Assembly (NCBI GenBank): GCA_965215885.1
Contig: CBDCEW010000092.1
Coordinates: forward strand, 1-64,000
From: Candidatus Moanibacter sp.
GTDB lineage: Bacteria; Verrucomicrobiota; Verrucomicrobiia; Opitutales; UBA2987
Direction of reading: 5' to 3'
DNA length: 64,000 nt
A program made the translations under genes and the position numbers. Every line of letters begins with the position of its first letter. Position 1 is the first letter of the stretch. Below the pieces are notes generated by a model. That model did not search any database. It was not told the DNA's origin and saw only the letters and a list, made by a program, of their open reading frames with translations. Shown piece by piece: positions 32,848 through 43,521 of this stretch.

Positions 32848-34983
32848 CTAAGTAGAGAATAGAGTAATCGCAAAGAGGAGGATCACAGGAGGAATGAAAT
32901 ACTTCACCCGGTTATCTTTCAACTCTTTTGATTGCTGAGCAAGCATGGCCAGAAGCATTAGAATGACAGAGGCTGGTCCGGCCTCGTTCCATCGAAACTC
33001 AGTCAGCCAGAAGAAACCCGGAATAGAAAGGGCAATATCAATGAACCCCTCTACAATCCAGATCATGAGCCAGGCTCCATGATTGAGAAAGGCGCTAATC
33101 CAGAGAAGGTGGAAGATACCACAAATCAGAGAGATGCAGCCGCTTATAATGAGGAGGGCGGCAATCGGCACTACAAACATATTGAGAATCACCGCTCCGG
33201 GTGTGAAGATTCGAAAATAATGAATTATGAGAGGGCTGCTGATAACCGTTGCAGCCAGACTGACTCCAAAGAGTCTGACAGCTTGTTGGAGAATAAATGA
33301 TAGCGTTTTATGGTACCACTGACGGTCTGCCGTGGGGATGCCGCGAAAGGGAGTGATCTTCGAATCGAGAAAGTCGATTATGGGAACTCCGTAGAGCACG
33401 ATTGAGCCGACGACCGCGTAGGAGAGTTGAAATCCGGCGTTGCGGAGGTGATTAGGGTCAAACAGCAACACCATAAAAGCCGATGCCAGTAATGCCGCGA
33501 ATGGCGCTGCCTGGCGCTGGACGACTTTCGCTCCCCAAACGAAAGTCGCCATAAGAAAAGCTCTAATGGCGGAAGGAGAGGCTCCCGTAACAACGACGTA
33601 AACGAGAAGAGTCAGCAGTCCCAGGACGGCTCCGGTCTTCGGGGGACATCGCAAAATGACGACGATCAGATAGTAGAGGGTGTAGGCGATAACACCAACA
33701 TGAAGGCCGCTAATGGCGAAGAAATGCATGGTACCGCTTCTGAGGGATGCATGTTTTTGATCTTTGGAGAGAGCGGCCTTCTTACCGAGGAGCATGGCAA
33801 CGTAGACATTTTTCTGGGGGCAACTTCCGCCGTGCCGTGCCGAAGGGTTCTTTCCAAATGGGCATTCTGTCTCGAACTCAGCCTGGTCAGCAGGTGTGCC
33901 GGTCGAATCTCTTCCAGGATCTTGCCTCGCTGCAGCTCGAAATAGATCCCCGACTGAATCAGGTACTCGTTGAAAGGATCGTCGGTAGAAATCTCATCAA
34001 TATAGGAGAGGATTCCTGGGGCTTCTTGTTTATGGGTCTACAGCAGAATCTGTGGGTGGGTAACGTCGCTTACAAGAGGTCATGTTTTTGATCGAATTAT
34101 CTGAGACTTCCGCCGTGGTGAGGGTTGAGTCTCGAAAGCCTGGTCAGCAGGTGTCGGTCGAATCTCTTCACTTGCCTCGCTGGCTCGAAATAGATCCCCG
34201 ACTGAATCAGGTACTCGTTGAGGATCGTCGGAGAAATCTCATCAATATAGGAGAGGATTTTCGTCCGAATTATCTGAGAGGGAGTGAGGAATTCTTCACC
34301 CGGCTGGGGCATCAGCTTGAAGAAAACTTTCTTGTTTATTAAGTCGTGAAGATGGTCAGGGGAGTGTCGAATTCTCGCAATCCCTGAGAGCCGTCCGTAT
34401 CGGTCTGAAGAAGCGAAAGTCTTACGGACTTCGATATCCAGGATTGCCTCACGAGGTGGGAGAAGACTCCACTCCGGGTCCGGCCTGTGCGCCCTCTCGA
34501 TGGAGTAGGCCCATGCCACCAGGGTAGTCGCCACAAGGAAGGCAGTGGTCCAGATACTCCTACCGAAAAGACCTTTGGAATTTGCAAAAGGAAGGGCGAT
34601 GAGAGCTGCCCCAAGCGCTGTGAGGAGGAGGGGGAGTTCCGGCTGCCGTGGATAATTGAACTCCAGGGTGTAACCCCAAATCGAGGTGGGAGAAGACTCC
34701 ACTCCGGGTCCGGCCTGTGCGCCCTCTCGATGGAGTAGGCCCATGCCACCAGGGTAGTCGCCACAAGGAAGGCAGTGGTCCAGATACTCCTACCGAAAAG
34801 ACCTTTGGAATTTGCAAAAGGAAGGGCGATGAGAGCTGCCCCAAGCGCTGTGAGGAGGAGGGGGAGTTCCGGCTGCCGTGGATAATTGAACTCCAGGGTG
34901 TAACCCCAAATCATAGGCGCGAGAATCCACAGGAGGGGCGCTCTGTTGCTGAGGCGGGACTTAATGGCTGATGAATTGCTCGT
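32848..34983 (-). pseudogene. comEC: ComEC/Rec2 competence protein, disrupted or garbled at 33800-34911
   Basis: GTMHFFAISGLHVG, SPSAIRA, GFQLSY; exact 230-bp tandem duplication (34452-34911); an ISL3 end at 34034-34079; ACG at the expected start position. Confidence 0.85.
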
Positions 34984-35767
34984 TTCGAAGATGGAGCGGT
35001 TCTTCGATGCCTGATTGGAGATATGAATGGGCCGCCTCAACCGAAGATAACAGGTCCTGTCCATGGGCGAGTCCCGCAGCAATCGCCGCGGAAAGTGTAC
35101 AACCGCTCCCATGGGTATTCACGCCGGTCTTTTTCGACGCCTCGAGAATGTTAATCTCATCTTCGTTTTGGCAGAGGACATCATAGACAGTCGCGCCCTC
35201 GAGGTGTCCTCCTTTCAGGAATACAGCGGTTCCGAACTCCTTGGAGAGGCGGTGAGCCGCTTCCCGCATTTCCGAAAGGTCCTGCGGCCGATAACCGAGC
35301 AAGACCCTGGCCTCGTCAAGGTTTGGCGTTATGAGCGAGGCTAGCGGCAGTAATCGATCTTTGAGCGCTTCGACGGCACTTCTTTCCAGAAGCGTACTTC
35401 CGCTGGCTGCGACCATGACGGGATCGACAACCGCGGGCAGCTCCGGGTTTCTCGATAGAAAATCTGCTACGGTTGCAATGATCGGCTTGTTAAACAGCAT
35501 TCCGGTCTTGACGGACCTGGGGCGGAAATATTGAGCCACTTCCTCCATCTGTTGGCGGACGAACTCCTGATCCATTTCAACTACTCTACTTACTTTTTCC
35601 GGACTCTGTGCGGTCAGACAGGTGATTGCTGTTGTACCGTAGACGCCGAAGGCGGAGAAAGTCAGAAGATCGGCCTGTATTCCGGCCCCTCCACCGCTGT
35701 CGGATCCCGCGATCGACATCGAGACCGGCATGCCGGGTTGGGGTCGCTGACTTGATTCGGCTGTCAT
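34961..35767 (-). CDS. thiD: Hydroxymethylpyrimidine/phosphomethylpyrimidine kinase
   Basis: SIAGSDSGGGAGIQADL, VKTGML, DPVMVA, TPNLDEA, KGGHL, HGSGCTLSAAI. Confidence 0.96.
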   Translation of the reverse strand: MTAESSQRPQPGMPVSMSIAGSDSGGGAGIQADLLTFSAFGVYGTTAITCLTAQSPEKVSRVVEMDQEFVRQQMEEVAQYFRPRSVKTGMLFNKPIIATVADFLSRNPELPAVVDPVMVAASGSTLLERSAVEALKDRLLPLASLITPNLDEARVLLGYRPQDLSEMREAAHRLSKEFGTAVFLKGGHLEGATVYDVLCQNEDEINILEASKKTGVNTHGSGCTLSAAIAAGLAHGQDLLSSVEAAHSYLQSGIEEPLHLRNEQFISH

Positions 35768-35977
35768 CGTGCGCGGAGCGCCCGATCCACCCGTAGCAAG
35801 GTAGTAAGTGGTGGAACGGCCCCTCCGGGGACGTTTGTTTCAACTAGGAAATTAGCAAAGGCAATTACAAACTTAATGGCGAAAGAGTAAGATACCGCGT
35901 CCCCGGCAAGCCGGGACGGGGAACTCCATCTCAAGGCGAGTAAAAAGGAATCGCCGCTTGCAAGCAAGTTCCATGCT

Positions 35978-37402
35978 GTGACAGAATTCGCCGCCGTGGA
36001 CGAGACCGAACAGACTCTTCTCTTTGGGGGCGTTGAGAGCGGAAACCGTTCCAATTCCTCTATGGAAGGAAAGACGGGAACGGGGGCGAAATCGGAAGGC
36101 AAGCCTCTGGCGGTTCGGATGCGCCCCCGAGTTCTGTCCGAGATTATTGGGCAGGAGCATATACTTGGCAGTTCCTCACTTCTTCCACGCCTGATTAGGG
36201 CAGACTCCTTTGGGAGCATACTTTTTTACGGTCCCCCCGGATGCGGGAAGACGACTCTGGCCCATGTGATCGCACAGGAGGCCAAAAGCCGATTTATTCG
36301 CCTTAACGCCGTTCTCTCGAATGTGGCTGAGATGAGAGATATCTTGAAATTTTCAAGGGCGCGTCCGGAAGACCGTACCATTCTATTCATCGACGAAATC
36401 CATCGATTTAACAGGGCGCAACAGGATCTCCTCCTACCCGATGTGGAAGAGGGAAATATCAGGCTGATCGGCGCCACGACGCATAATCCCGGATTCTACG
36501 TCATCTCGCCACTCCTGAGTCGGAGCCACCTTTTCCGCCTGGAGCCGATATCGGGCGGGGACATTCTGACCATTATGAAGAATGCCCTGAAGGATACGGA
36601 ACGGGGTCTTGGGGAAAGGGGATGTAGCGCGGAAGATTCAGTGCTGAGTGGACTGGCGGAATTGTGCGATGGCGATTTGAGGCGGGCGCTGAACGCTCTG
36701 GAGACTCTTGTTGAGAGCATGCCGGAAGGGTCCGCGATCTCCCATAAGGAAGTTGCGGCGTTTGCCCGGGAAAGGCAGATACGTTACGATGCCAATGAAG
36801 ATGAACACTACGACACGGCGTCGGCATTGATAAAGAGTATGCGCGGTGGAGATCCGAATGCTGCACTCTACTGGCTGGCGAAGATGCTCGCAGGCGGAGA
36901 GGATCCCAGGTTCATAGCACGCAGAATCGTGATTCTCGCATCCGAGGACATCGGACTGGCCGACCCCCATGCCCTCCCTTTGGCGGTGGCGGCGTTTCAG
37001 GCCTGCGAATTTATCGGACTTCCAGAATGCGAACTTAATCTCGCTCACGCCGTAGTTTATATGGCGGCGGCCCCAAAGAGTAACTCTACAACTGAGGCGA
37101 TCGGAAGGGCTCGCAAAGCAATTAATGAGGGTAGCCTGCAGGCCGTACCGCTCCACCTGCGAGATGCCAGCACCAAGACGAATAGGAAATTTGGACACGG
37201 GAGGGACTACCGCTACAGCCACGATTTCCCGCACGCGATTACTGGACAGGAGTTTATGGAACATCCGCTGGATTTTTACACTCCAAAAGGAGAAGGAAAG
37301 GAGAGAGAGATACGGGAGCGATTGGAGCGCTGGAAAGGATTAAAGGAGAAGATTCAGGAAGAGGAGCGAGAAATTCGTTGTCGTTCTTCAAAAATCGGTT
37401 AA
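35978..37402 (+). CDS. rarA: Replication-associated recombination AAA+ ATPase
   Basis: PLAVRMRP, GPPGCGKTTLA, FIDEIHRFNRAQQD, SEDIGLADP, APKSN; start may be 36062. Confidence 0.95.
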   Translation: MTEFAAVDETEQTLLFGGVESGNRSNSSMEGKTGTGAKSEGKPLAVRMRPRVLSEIIGQEHILGSSSLLPRLIRADSFGSILFYGPPGCGKTTLAHVIAQEAKSRFIRLNAVLSNVAEMRDILKFSRARPEDRTILFIDEIHRFNRAQQDLLLPDVEEGNIRLIGATTHNPGFYVISPLLSRSHLFRLEPISGGDILTIMKNALKDTERGLGERGCSAEDSVLSGLAELCDGDLRRALNALETLVESMPEGSAISHKEVAAFARERQIRYDANEDEHYDTASALIKSMRGGDPNAALYWLAKMLAGGEDPRFIARRIVILASEDIGLADPHALPLAVAAFQACEFIGLPECELNLAHAVVYMAAAPKSNSTTEAIGRARKAINEGSLQAVPLHLRDASTKTNRKFGHGRDYRYSHDFPHAITGQEFMEHPLDFYTPKGEGKEREIRERLERWKGLKEKIQEEEREIRCRSSKIG

Positions 37403-37459
37403 ATTTGGAGGATAATCGTTTACCGAGCGGTTCATAACTCCGATGCACGAGGTGATATT

Positions 37460-37900
37460 ATGCGCAAAAAGGCAGTTTTGATGGTTTCTTATTTGAATAT
37501 TTCCTTCATAGTAATAATCGGGCTGCTAATGTCGGTCATGGTATCCCACGCTCAGGAGGATGAGGGGGAGAAACTTCCCGAGATGGGACTGTATTTTGAT
37601 CGGAGTCCAGGGAACAGGGTTAACCTGAGGATTGTAGAGAAGAAATTCCGGCTCTATTTCGTCGATACACAAAATAAGGTAGTGCCGCCGGAGTATAATT
37701 CGGCACTTGTTCACGCCGCGAACGTGATCCGCAAGGAGCGGGAAGGCCGGTTCGCTCTCCGGCTTTCCAGTGACGGTCAATACCTCACCAGTCCACGAGT
37801 GGTGCTTCCTCCAATCGATTACTGGATACGCATTACTCTCAGGAATGCAGCCGACCCAACTCGGAAAGAGGCCCTTCCTCGCGCCAGGCTTCGCCAGTAG
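37460..37900 (+). CDS. Hypothetical exported protein
   Basis: 146-aa ORF with a hydrophobic leader ending SHAQ; abuts the next gene. Confidence 0.6.
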   Translation: MRKKAVLMVSYLNISFIVIIGLLMSVMVSHAQEDEGEKLPEMGLYFDRSPGNRVNLRIVEKKFRLYFVDTQNKVVPPEYNSALVHAANVIRKEREGRFALRLSSDGQYLTSPRVVLPPIDYWIRITLRNAADPTRKEALPRARLRQ

Positions 37901-38314
37901 TTGAGACGCCACCTGCAATCCTGGATACTGATCGCGCTTGGCGTACTCATCGCCGCGCACACTTCCGCTGGCATCAGTTACGATAGCTTCGCAACGCTGG
38001 TTGTGGTCGTTCTCATCTTAAGTGTGCTTAATCTCTTCGTTAAGCCGCTTCTCATCCTGTTTACGCTTCCTTTTGTGATTGTATCGCTGGGTTTGGGAAT
38101 ATGGCTGATTAACGCCATCCTTCTGCTCCTCGTAGGCAAGATTGTGGGCGGGTTTGAAATCGCCTCGTTAGGTTCGGCGCTGTGGGGAGCACTCGTGATC
38201 AGCCTTACTTCCCTCGTAGCGAACCTATTGGGCCGAGGCAAAGTAAGCGTTCGCGGAAATCGCGGGGCACGGACATCCGTGCGGCCTCATGAGGAGGATG
38301 TGATTGATGTCTAG
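37901..38314 (+). CDS. 4-TM phage holin family (YvlD-like) membrane protein
   Basis: LNLFVKPLLILFTLPFVIVSLGL..INA..GF motif. Confidence 0.85.
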   Translation: MRRHLQSWILIALGVLIAAHTSAGISYDSFATLVVVVLILSVLNLFVKPLLILFTLPFVIVSLGLGIWLINAILLLLVGKIVGGFEIASLGSALWGALVISLTSLVANLLGRGKVSVRGNRGARTSVRPHEEDVIDV

Positions 38315-38781
38315 GAGTCTGAACCTGCCTGCGGTGACCCCGCTCGGCGGGACGAACCGCCGAACTGGCAACCAAACTGGAAGGCCGATCGAAAGAGACT
38401 TACCACGGATTGCCTAGCGCAGCGTAGCCGCCCTTCGACTCCGCTCAGGGCCCTGAGCCTGCCGAACGGGCAACCAAAAAAGAAGAAGAGAACCGCAGAT
38501 GCACGCAAATGGACGCGAATGCAGAAGGAAACTTCTACTTCCCTTGGGTAACCTCGTCGCGAACCTTGTCCCAAACCTTGTCGACTGCAGTTTATTGAAT
38601 ACCAACCTCTTCTACGCAAAAACTTGCTAGAAAAACACGGTTCTGCCGGATTGCACGGATGAGGAGCTAAAATACTGATTCCGCTGCCCGGCACGGCGAA
38701 TCGGGAGTCGACTTCGGCTCTCTGCCGTACGGCAGAGCTTGAAACGCAAAGGAGAGCATTCCCAAAAGCGCAACTGAACTT

Positions 38782-41249
38782 CAGACCTCACTATATTGCC
38801 CCTCTAAAGGCACTATGCAATCGCAAGTTTAAATCCCGATTTTTTGCCCAGTCGGAAGATGATTCTTCGGCCTGAACCGTCGGGCATCAGTAAGGGCTTC
38901 TCATTGAGAGTTTGCAGATACTCAAGCACCACCGCCTGCACCCGAGGGGGATAAGTTGCGGTGGGGAATAAATGCGCTTCGACCGCACAGCCCCTCTCTA
39001 TAAGAACGCCGTCACTGTGAGTCAAATTGCGAAACAGATCGTGGTCGTCACGATAGTTGTTGTAGCGAGCTTTAAAGGGTTCGAGCTGCTTGTAGAAGCT
39101 GTTACGGGCGAAGATTTTCAAGGCATCCATGAGGGACTTGTTAGCGGTGTCCAGGCGGACATAGTTTTCATCAATGAGGCGCTGCAGCCTCGAGCATTCG
39201 GTGTCGATTTGCTCCAGTTCGAGTTGGAGGGCTTTGAGGGCCTGATCGAGTCGACGGATCTTTTCGCCCCTTGAGGCGCTTTTGCCCGGGTGGGCATGCT
39301 CGGCCAGGAGCAGTCTTTTCAATTCTTCGGTGCATTGCTGTTTTTGCTTCAGGAGGGCTTTGGCGGCACCGCTTTTCTCCTGCTTGTCCTCAAGGTGTTG
39401 GGCTAATCGCTTGTAGTGGAACGGTGCGATAAGAGGTGATCTGATTAATCCCAAAGTGCTTATCGAGGTATTTGAAGTCATTCTCCTGAATCCAGCGACT
39501 GAACATCCCCTTGATTACCTCTTCATTTCGGGCCTGCTGATCGGTCGCCAGGATGCTCACGGTAATGGTTCGATTTTTTGGATTGGTCGCCTCCACGATC
39601 CACTGCACCAGTTGAGGATTTTTCTTCCAGGGGCCCCGCTGATAGCGAAGATGATACTCCTGGAGATCTTCGGCATGGTTGCGCGCGCGCTGCAGGCGCA
39701 ACTGCCCGTCGATCCGTTGGAGGGGCTGGGCGCTGGCCTTGTAACCTTTTTCCCAGGTAATGATTTCGAGTTGAGGGTGCTCCACGATGGCTTCGTAAAA
39801 CCACTCCGCGGCGATCGCCCGGTCCACGTAAATACTCACCTTCTTATCAGCCGGCAGCTGCACCAGCTCGAGCATCGCTTCGCAGTTGGGGATGAACCGT
39901 TCCCTTATATCCTCATAGTTGTCGGTACTCGCAAAATAGATCGGATAGCCCTTGAGGGTATGAATAAAATCGCTGTGGAGCGCTTTGTCGGCCAGACGGA
40001 TACCCGGACACCATCCCGCCAGCACCTTGCTCATTCCGGTGTAATGTTTGGTGTGCGGATCATAATAAAAGCTCTCTTCATCCGAAGCATTCAGGCCCCT
40101 CGCGTTCACTCTGAGGATCTCTCTTAAAAGCCCTTCATCGGCCAGGGCGCTAAGGCTTTGGCGTTGCAGATAGGGGGTATACAGGACTCTCCCCGATGAG
40201 TTTTTGCAGGTCTTCGAGATCGAGCAGTTTGCTCTGCTCGATATTGACCGCGGCCAACAACCCGCAAGCCACCCATTGTTTCAAAAGCCAGCCCTCTTCG
40301 CGATCAATCTGAGCGACTTCTCTGAGCGCGGCACTGAACAGAAGTACTCCCAGGTGCCGATACCATTGCACCGCTTCGGAGCTCTCCCTCGAAAAATCGG
40401 GAGACTCCTTGCGATTGTCCCCTTCGCTTTCGGGGCTATTTTCTGCTTCTTGCTCCTGTTCGTCCCTCCCCGAGTCCTCCGGGCAATCCCAGGGAGTCTC
40501 CCGATTTTGCGCCCTCTCGGCTTCGGCCTCCTTTGCCCGGGCCTCTTTAAGCTCCTTAAAGACAGGGCGCAAAGTTTCCCCACTGAGGTTAACTCCGAAC
40601 ACCTCCTCGATCTCCCCCCGTATCTTCTTGCTGTAGCCATACCGACTCTCCCCATAGATCTGCCCGAAGCGCACCCGCCCAAAACTCCGGATTTCCCTCG
40701 TCAATTTGCGCTGAGCGCTGCGTCCCGCCAGCACTCGCGCTAAGGTCTCGGCATCTCCGCTTTGAAGCGCCTCCCCCCACCGCTTCATCGTTTTGGGGTC
40801 AACCTCAAATTGCTTCTCTAAGCGCCCTTTCTTCAACCCCGCATTGTAGAGGCGCCCCACCAATAGCTTGAATTCAACTTGCTCCCGATCGTCCTCTACG
40901 ACTTCAAAAAGCTCATGCCCGTAATAGACGTGCAGTTTGCCTTCGCTCAGATCCCGATAGACCGTGATCGAGGGATTACCCTTGTCCACTCCAAGGATGC
41001 ACTGTAAGAAGGTCTCTTCTTTGACGGTAGGTTTCTCCATTTTTCTTCGAATTTGATGGTTCGAAGATGAAGCCTACCGTTTTCTTTAGCTCTTAAAGAT
41101 CCTCGGGGCAAGCCCCGAGGCATTTGATATTAGACTTTATGAATTAGAAACGAAGCAAGCTTCGGGGAATTAAACCCGAAGCGATTAAAAGCCGGGAATT
41201 GTATCTGCGATTGCCCCCTGCCCGCCAACCCGCATGATAGCGAGTTCTG
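38782..41249 (-). mobile_element. Unclassified IS, copy 2 (2468 bp); transposase 38813-41040 with two single-base frameshifts
   Basis: Near-identical to copy 1; 5-bp target duplication AACTT (38777-38781 and 41250-41254); YYDPH, YVDRA and RWIQENDFKY give a D-D-E-like triad. Confidence 0.92.
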
Positions 41250-41624
41250 AACTTAGTGCCCACAGAGAGCGCTTTTTGGGAATGCTCTTCTTTGTGTTTC
41301 TCCACTCGCATAAGCGAGTTGGCGAAGTCGACTCCATCTTGTTCCTTAATCTCGCGCAACTTATATACCGTCGCATCCGTTGGGGAACCCTCTTTCCATT
41401 CGTTGCTCCCAATCACTTTCACTCTTTCTTATCCGTGCCAATCAGTGTAATCCGTGGTCTCTCTTCCTGTTTTGATTGCAACTGTGCTGCTGCAGGTCAT
41501 TCATAGTAAATTCATACTCCTTTGCTCACTCTCTACCGTAATCCGGCCTCCAATTGACCGAGCGGCATCAAGTTGACTTAATTCCTAAGGATTACATCAC
41601 TTCACTCCGATAAAGTCTTATTCA

Positions 41625-43021
41625 ATGTCAGAGGAAGACCAATACGATCTGGTGGTGATCGGGGGAGGCCCGGCCGGTTATGCGGGGGCTATTCGAGCCG
41701 GTCAATTGGGAAAGAAAGTTGCCTGCATCGAGTTTGAGAGGGCGGGTGGCACATGCCTCAACTGGGGCTGTATTCCATCAAAGGCTCTCCTCAAGGCTGC
41801 TGAGCTCTATACGGATATTCATAGTGCAGAATCCTTCGGTTTCTCGGTGGGAGAGGTTGGCGTGGATTTCGGCAAGGTCATGCAGCGTTCACGCGAAGTA
41901 TCGGACCGGATGGGAGGCGGCGTTGAGTTTCTTTTTAAGAAAAACAAAGTCGATTACTTTTTGGGGAGAGGCCACGTATCGGTGCCGGGTATTGTGGAGA
42001 TTACTGAAGGGCCCGATATGGGGAGGTTCTTTTCTACACGAAATGTCATCGTGTGCACAGGCTGCAAGGCTCGCATTCTTCCAGACCTGAAAGTCGACGG
42101 TGAACGTGTCATGACCTCGAGGGAAGCGTTAGCCTTGAAGAGAATGCCGAAATCGGTGGCGATCCTGGGGGCGGGCGCAATTGGGGTGGAATTTGCCTAC
42201 TTTCTAAATACTCTGGGTTGCGACGTAACCTTAATCGAGATGCTCCCGCAAGTCTTGCCTGTCGAAGACAGAGAGCTTTCCAACGTTGTGGCACGATCTT
42301 TCAAGAAGCAGGAATAGCGGTGCATGTCGATGCGGTTGTTGAAGACATTAAGACCTCGAGACGTTCGGTTTCTATGGTTCTGGTTAAGGGTGAAGAAAGG
42401 TTACCTCTCAAGACCGATGCCCTTCTCTTAGCGATTGGAGTGGTGGCAAACACGGATGGCCTCTTTTCGCCAAAGGTAAAACCATCCGTTGAGAAGGGGT
42501 TTATTGTTGTCAATGAGCGCTATGAAACGAGCGTCAGGGGCCTCTATGCGGCGGGAGATCTCATCGGGCCTCCCTGGCTGGCTCATGTGGCGACGTATGA
42601 AGCGATAGAGGCGGTCAATGGAATTTTCGGGGTAGGTGAGCCAGGGTCGGTGAGGGTGTTTCCGAGTTGCACTTATTGTCAGCCACAGGTTGCGAGCGTA
42701 GGACTGACAGAGGAGGCGGCGAAGGAAAAGGGGCTGAATTATAGAGTGGGGAAGTTTCCGTTTTCTGCAAACGGCAAGGCCGTTGCCGTCAGTCATACGG
42801 AAGGTTTAGTGAAATTGATCGTTGAAAAGGACTACGGGGAGATTCTTGGGGCGCATATCGTGGGGAGCGATGCCACCGAGTTGATCGCGGAATATGTCCT
42901 GGCGATGAAGGCGGAGCTGACGGCGGATGACATCCACGGCACGATCCATGCGCATCCGACCTTGAGTGAAGCTCTCGGTGAAGCAGCTGCCGCTGCCTAT
43001 GGGGAGGCGATACATATTTAA
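41625..43021 (+). CDS. lpdA: Dihydrolipoamide dehydrogenase, frameshift at ~42312
   Basis: GGGPAGY, GGTCLNWGCIPSK, GAGAIGVEF, HAHPTLSE. Confidence 0.95.
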
Positions 43022-43521
43022 CCCGCAAATTTCACCAGGAGAAACTGCAAAGAGTGAGCCCACGGATGCAGTAGCCATCCCAATGTTCCTTGCGGTGTTC
43101 GAGCGATAGGAGGAAAGCTAAACAAGCCTCTATTTGGTCAAGGGGTGAGGGTCACTGGCAAGCGCAGTGGGATGGGGCGCAGCCCACGGTGGGGAAGAAG
43201 CAAAGAAGGAGTCGTGTCGGACTTGGTTCGGATAAATTGAGAATCATCGAGCGTCTTCTCGCCGCACCTTGTCATTGCGAGGAAGAATGACGAAGCAATC
43301 CAGATTTCCGATCACGCATATCGCTGGAATGCATTCGAAAAGCTTCCGCTTTCCGCTACGCACTTCGATTCGGGAAGTAGCGGAAAGCGGAAGCTTTTCG
43401 TCTTCCTAGACGCACGCAGTTTCACTCCTGTATGGTGCGGCCCGCCCTAAGCTTCAGTCGAACGGGAAAGCCATGGCCCGCCGGGGGCCCCACTGACCAA
43501 TAATCTCGAGAGATTTCCCGG

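Noticed and set aside
37901..38314. Holin as evidence of a prophage
   Set aside because: This 4-TM family is commonly chromosomal, and no other phage genes are nearby.
42300..42320. Programmed frameshifting in lpdA (and in the EEP gene and transposases)
   Set aside because: Several shifts sit at short homopolymers, differ between the two copies of the same IS, and hit a housekeeping gene, consistent with consensus errors.
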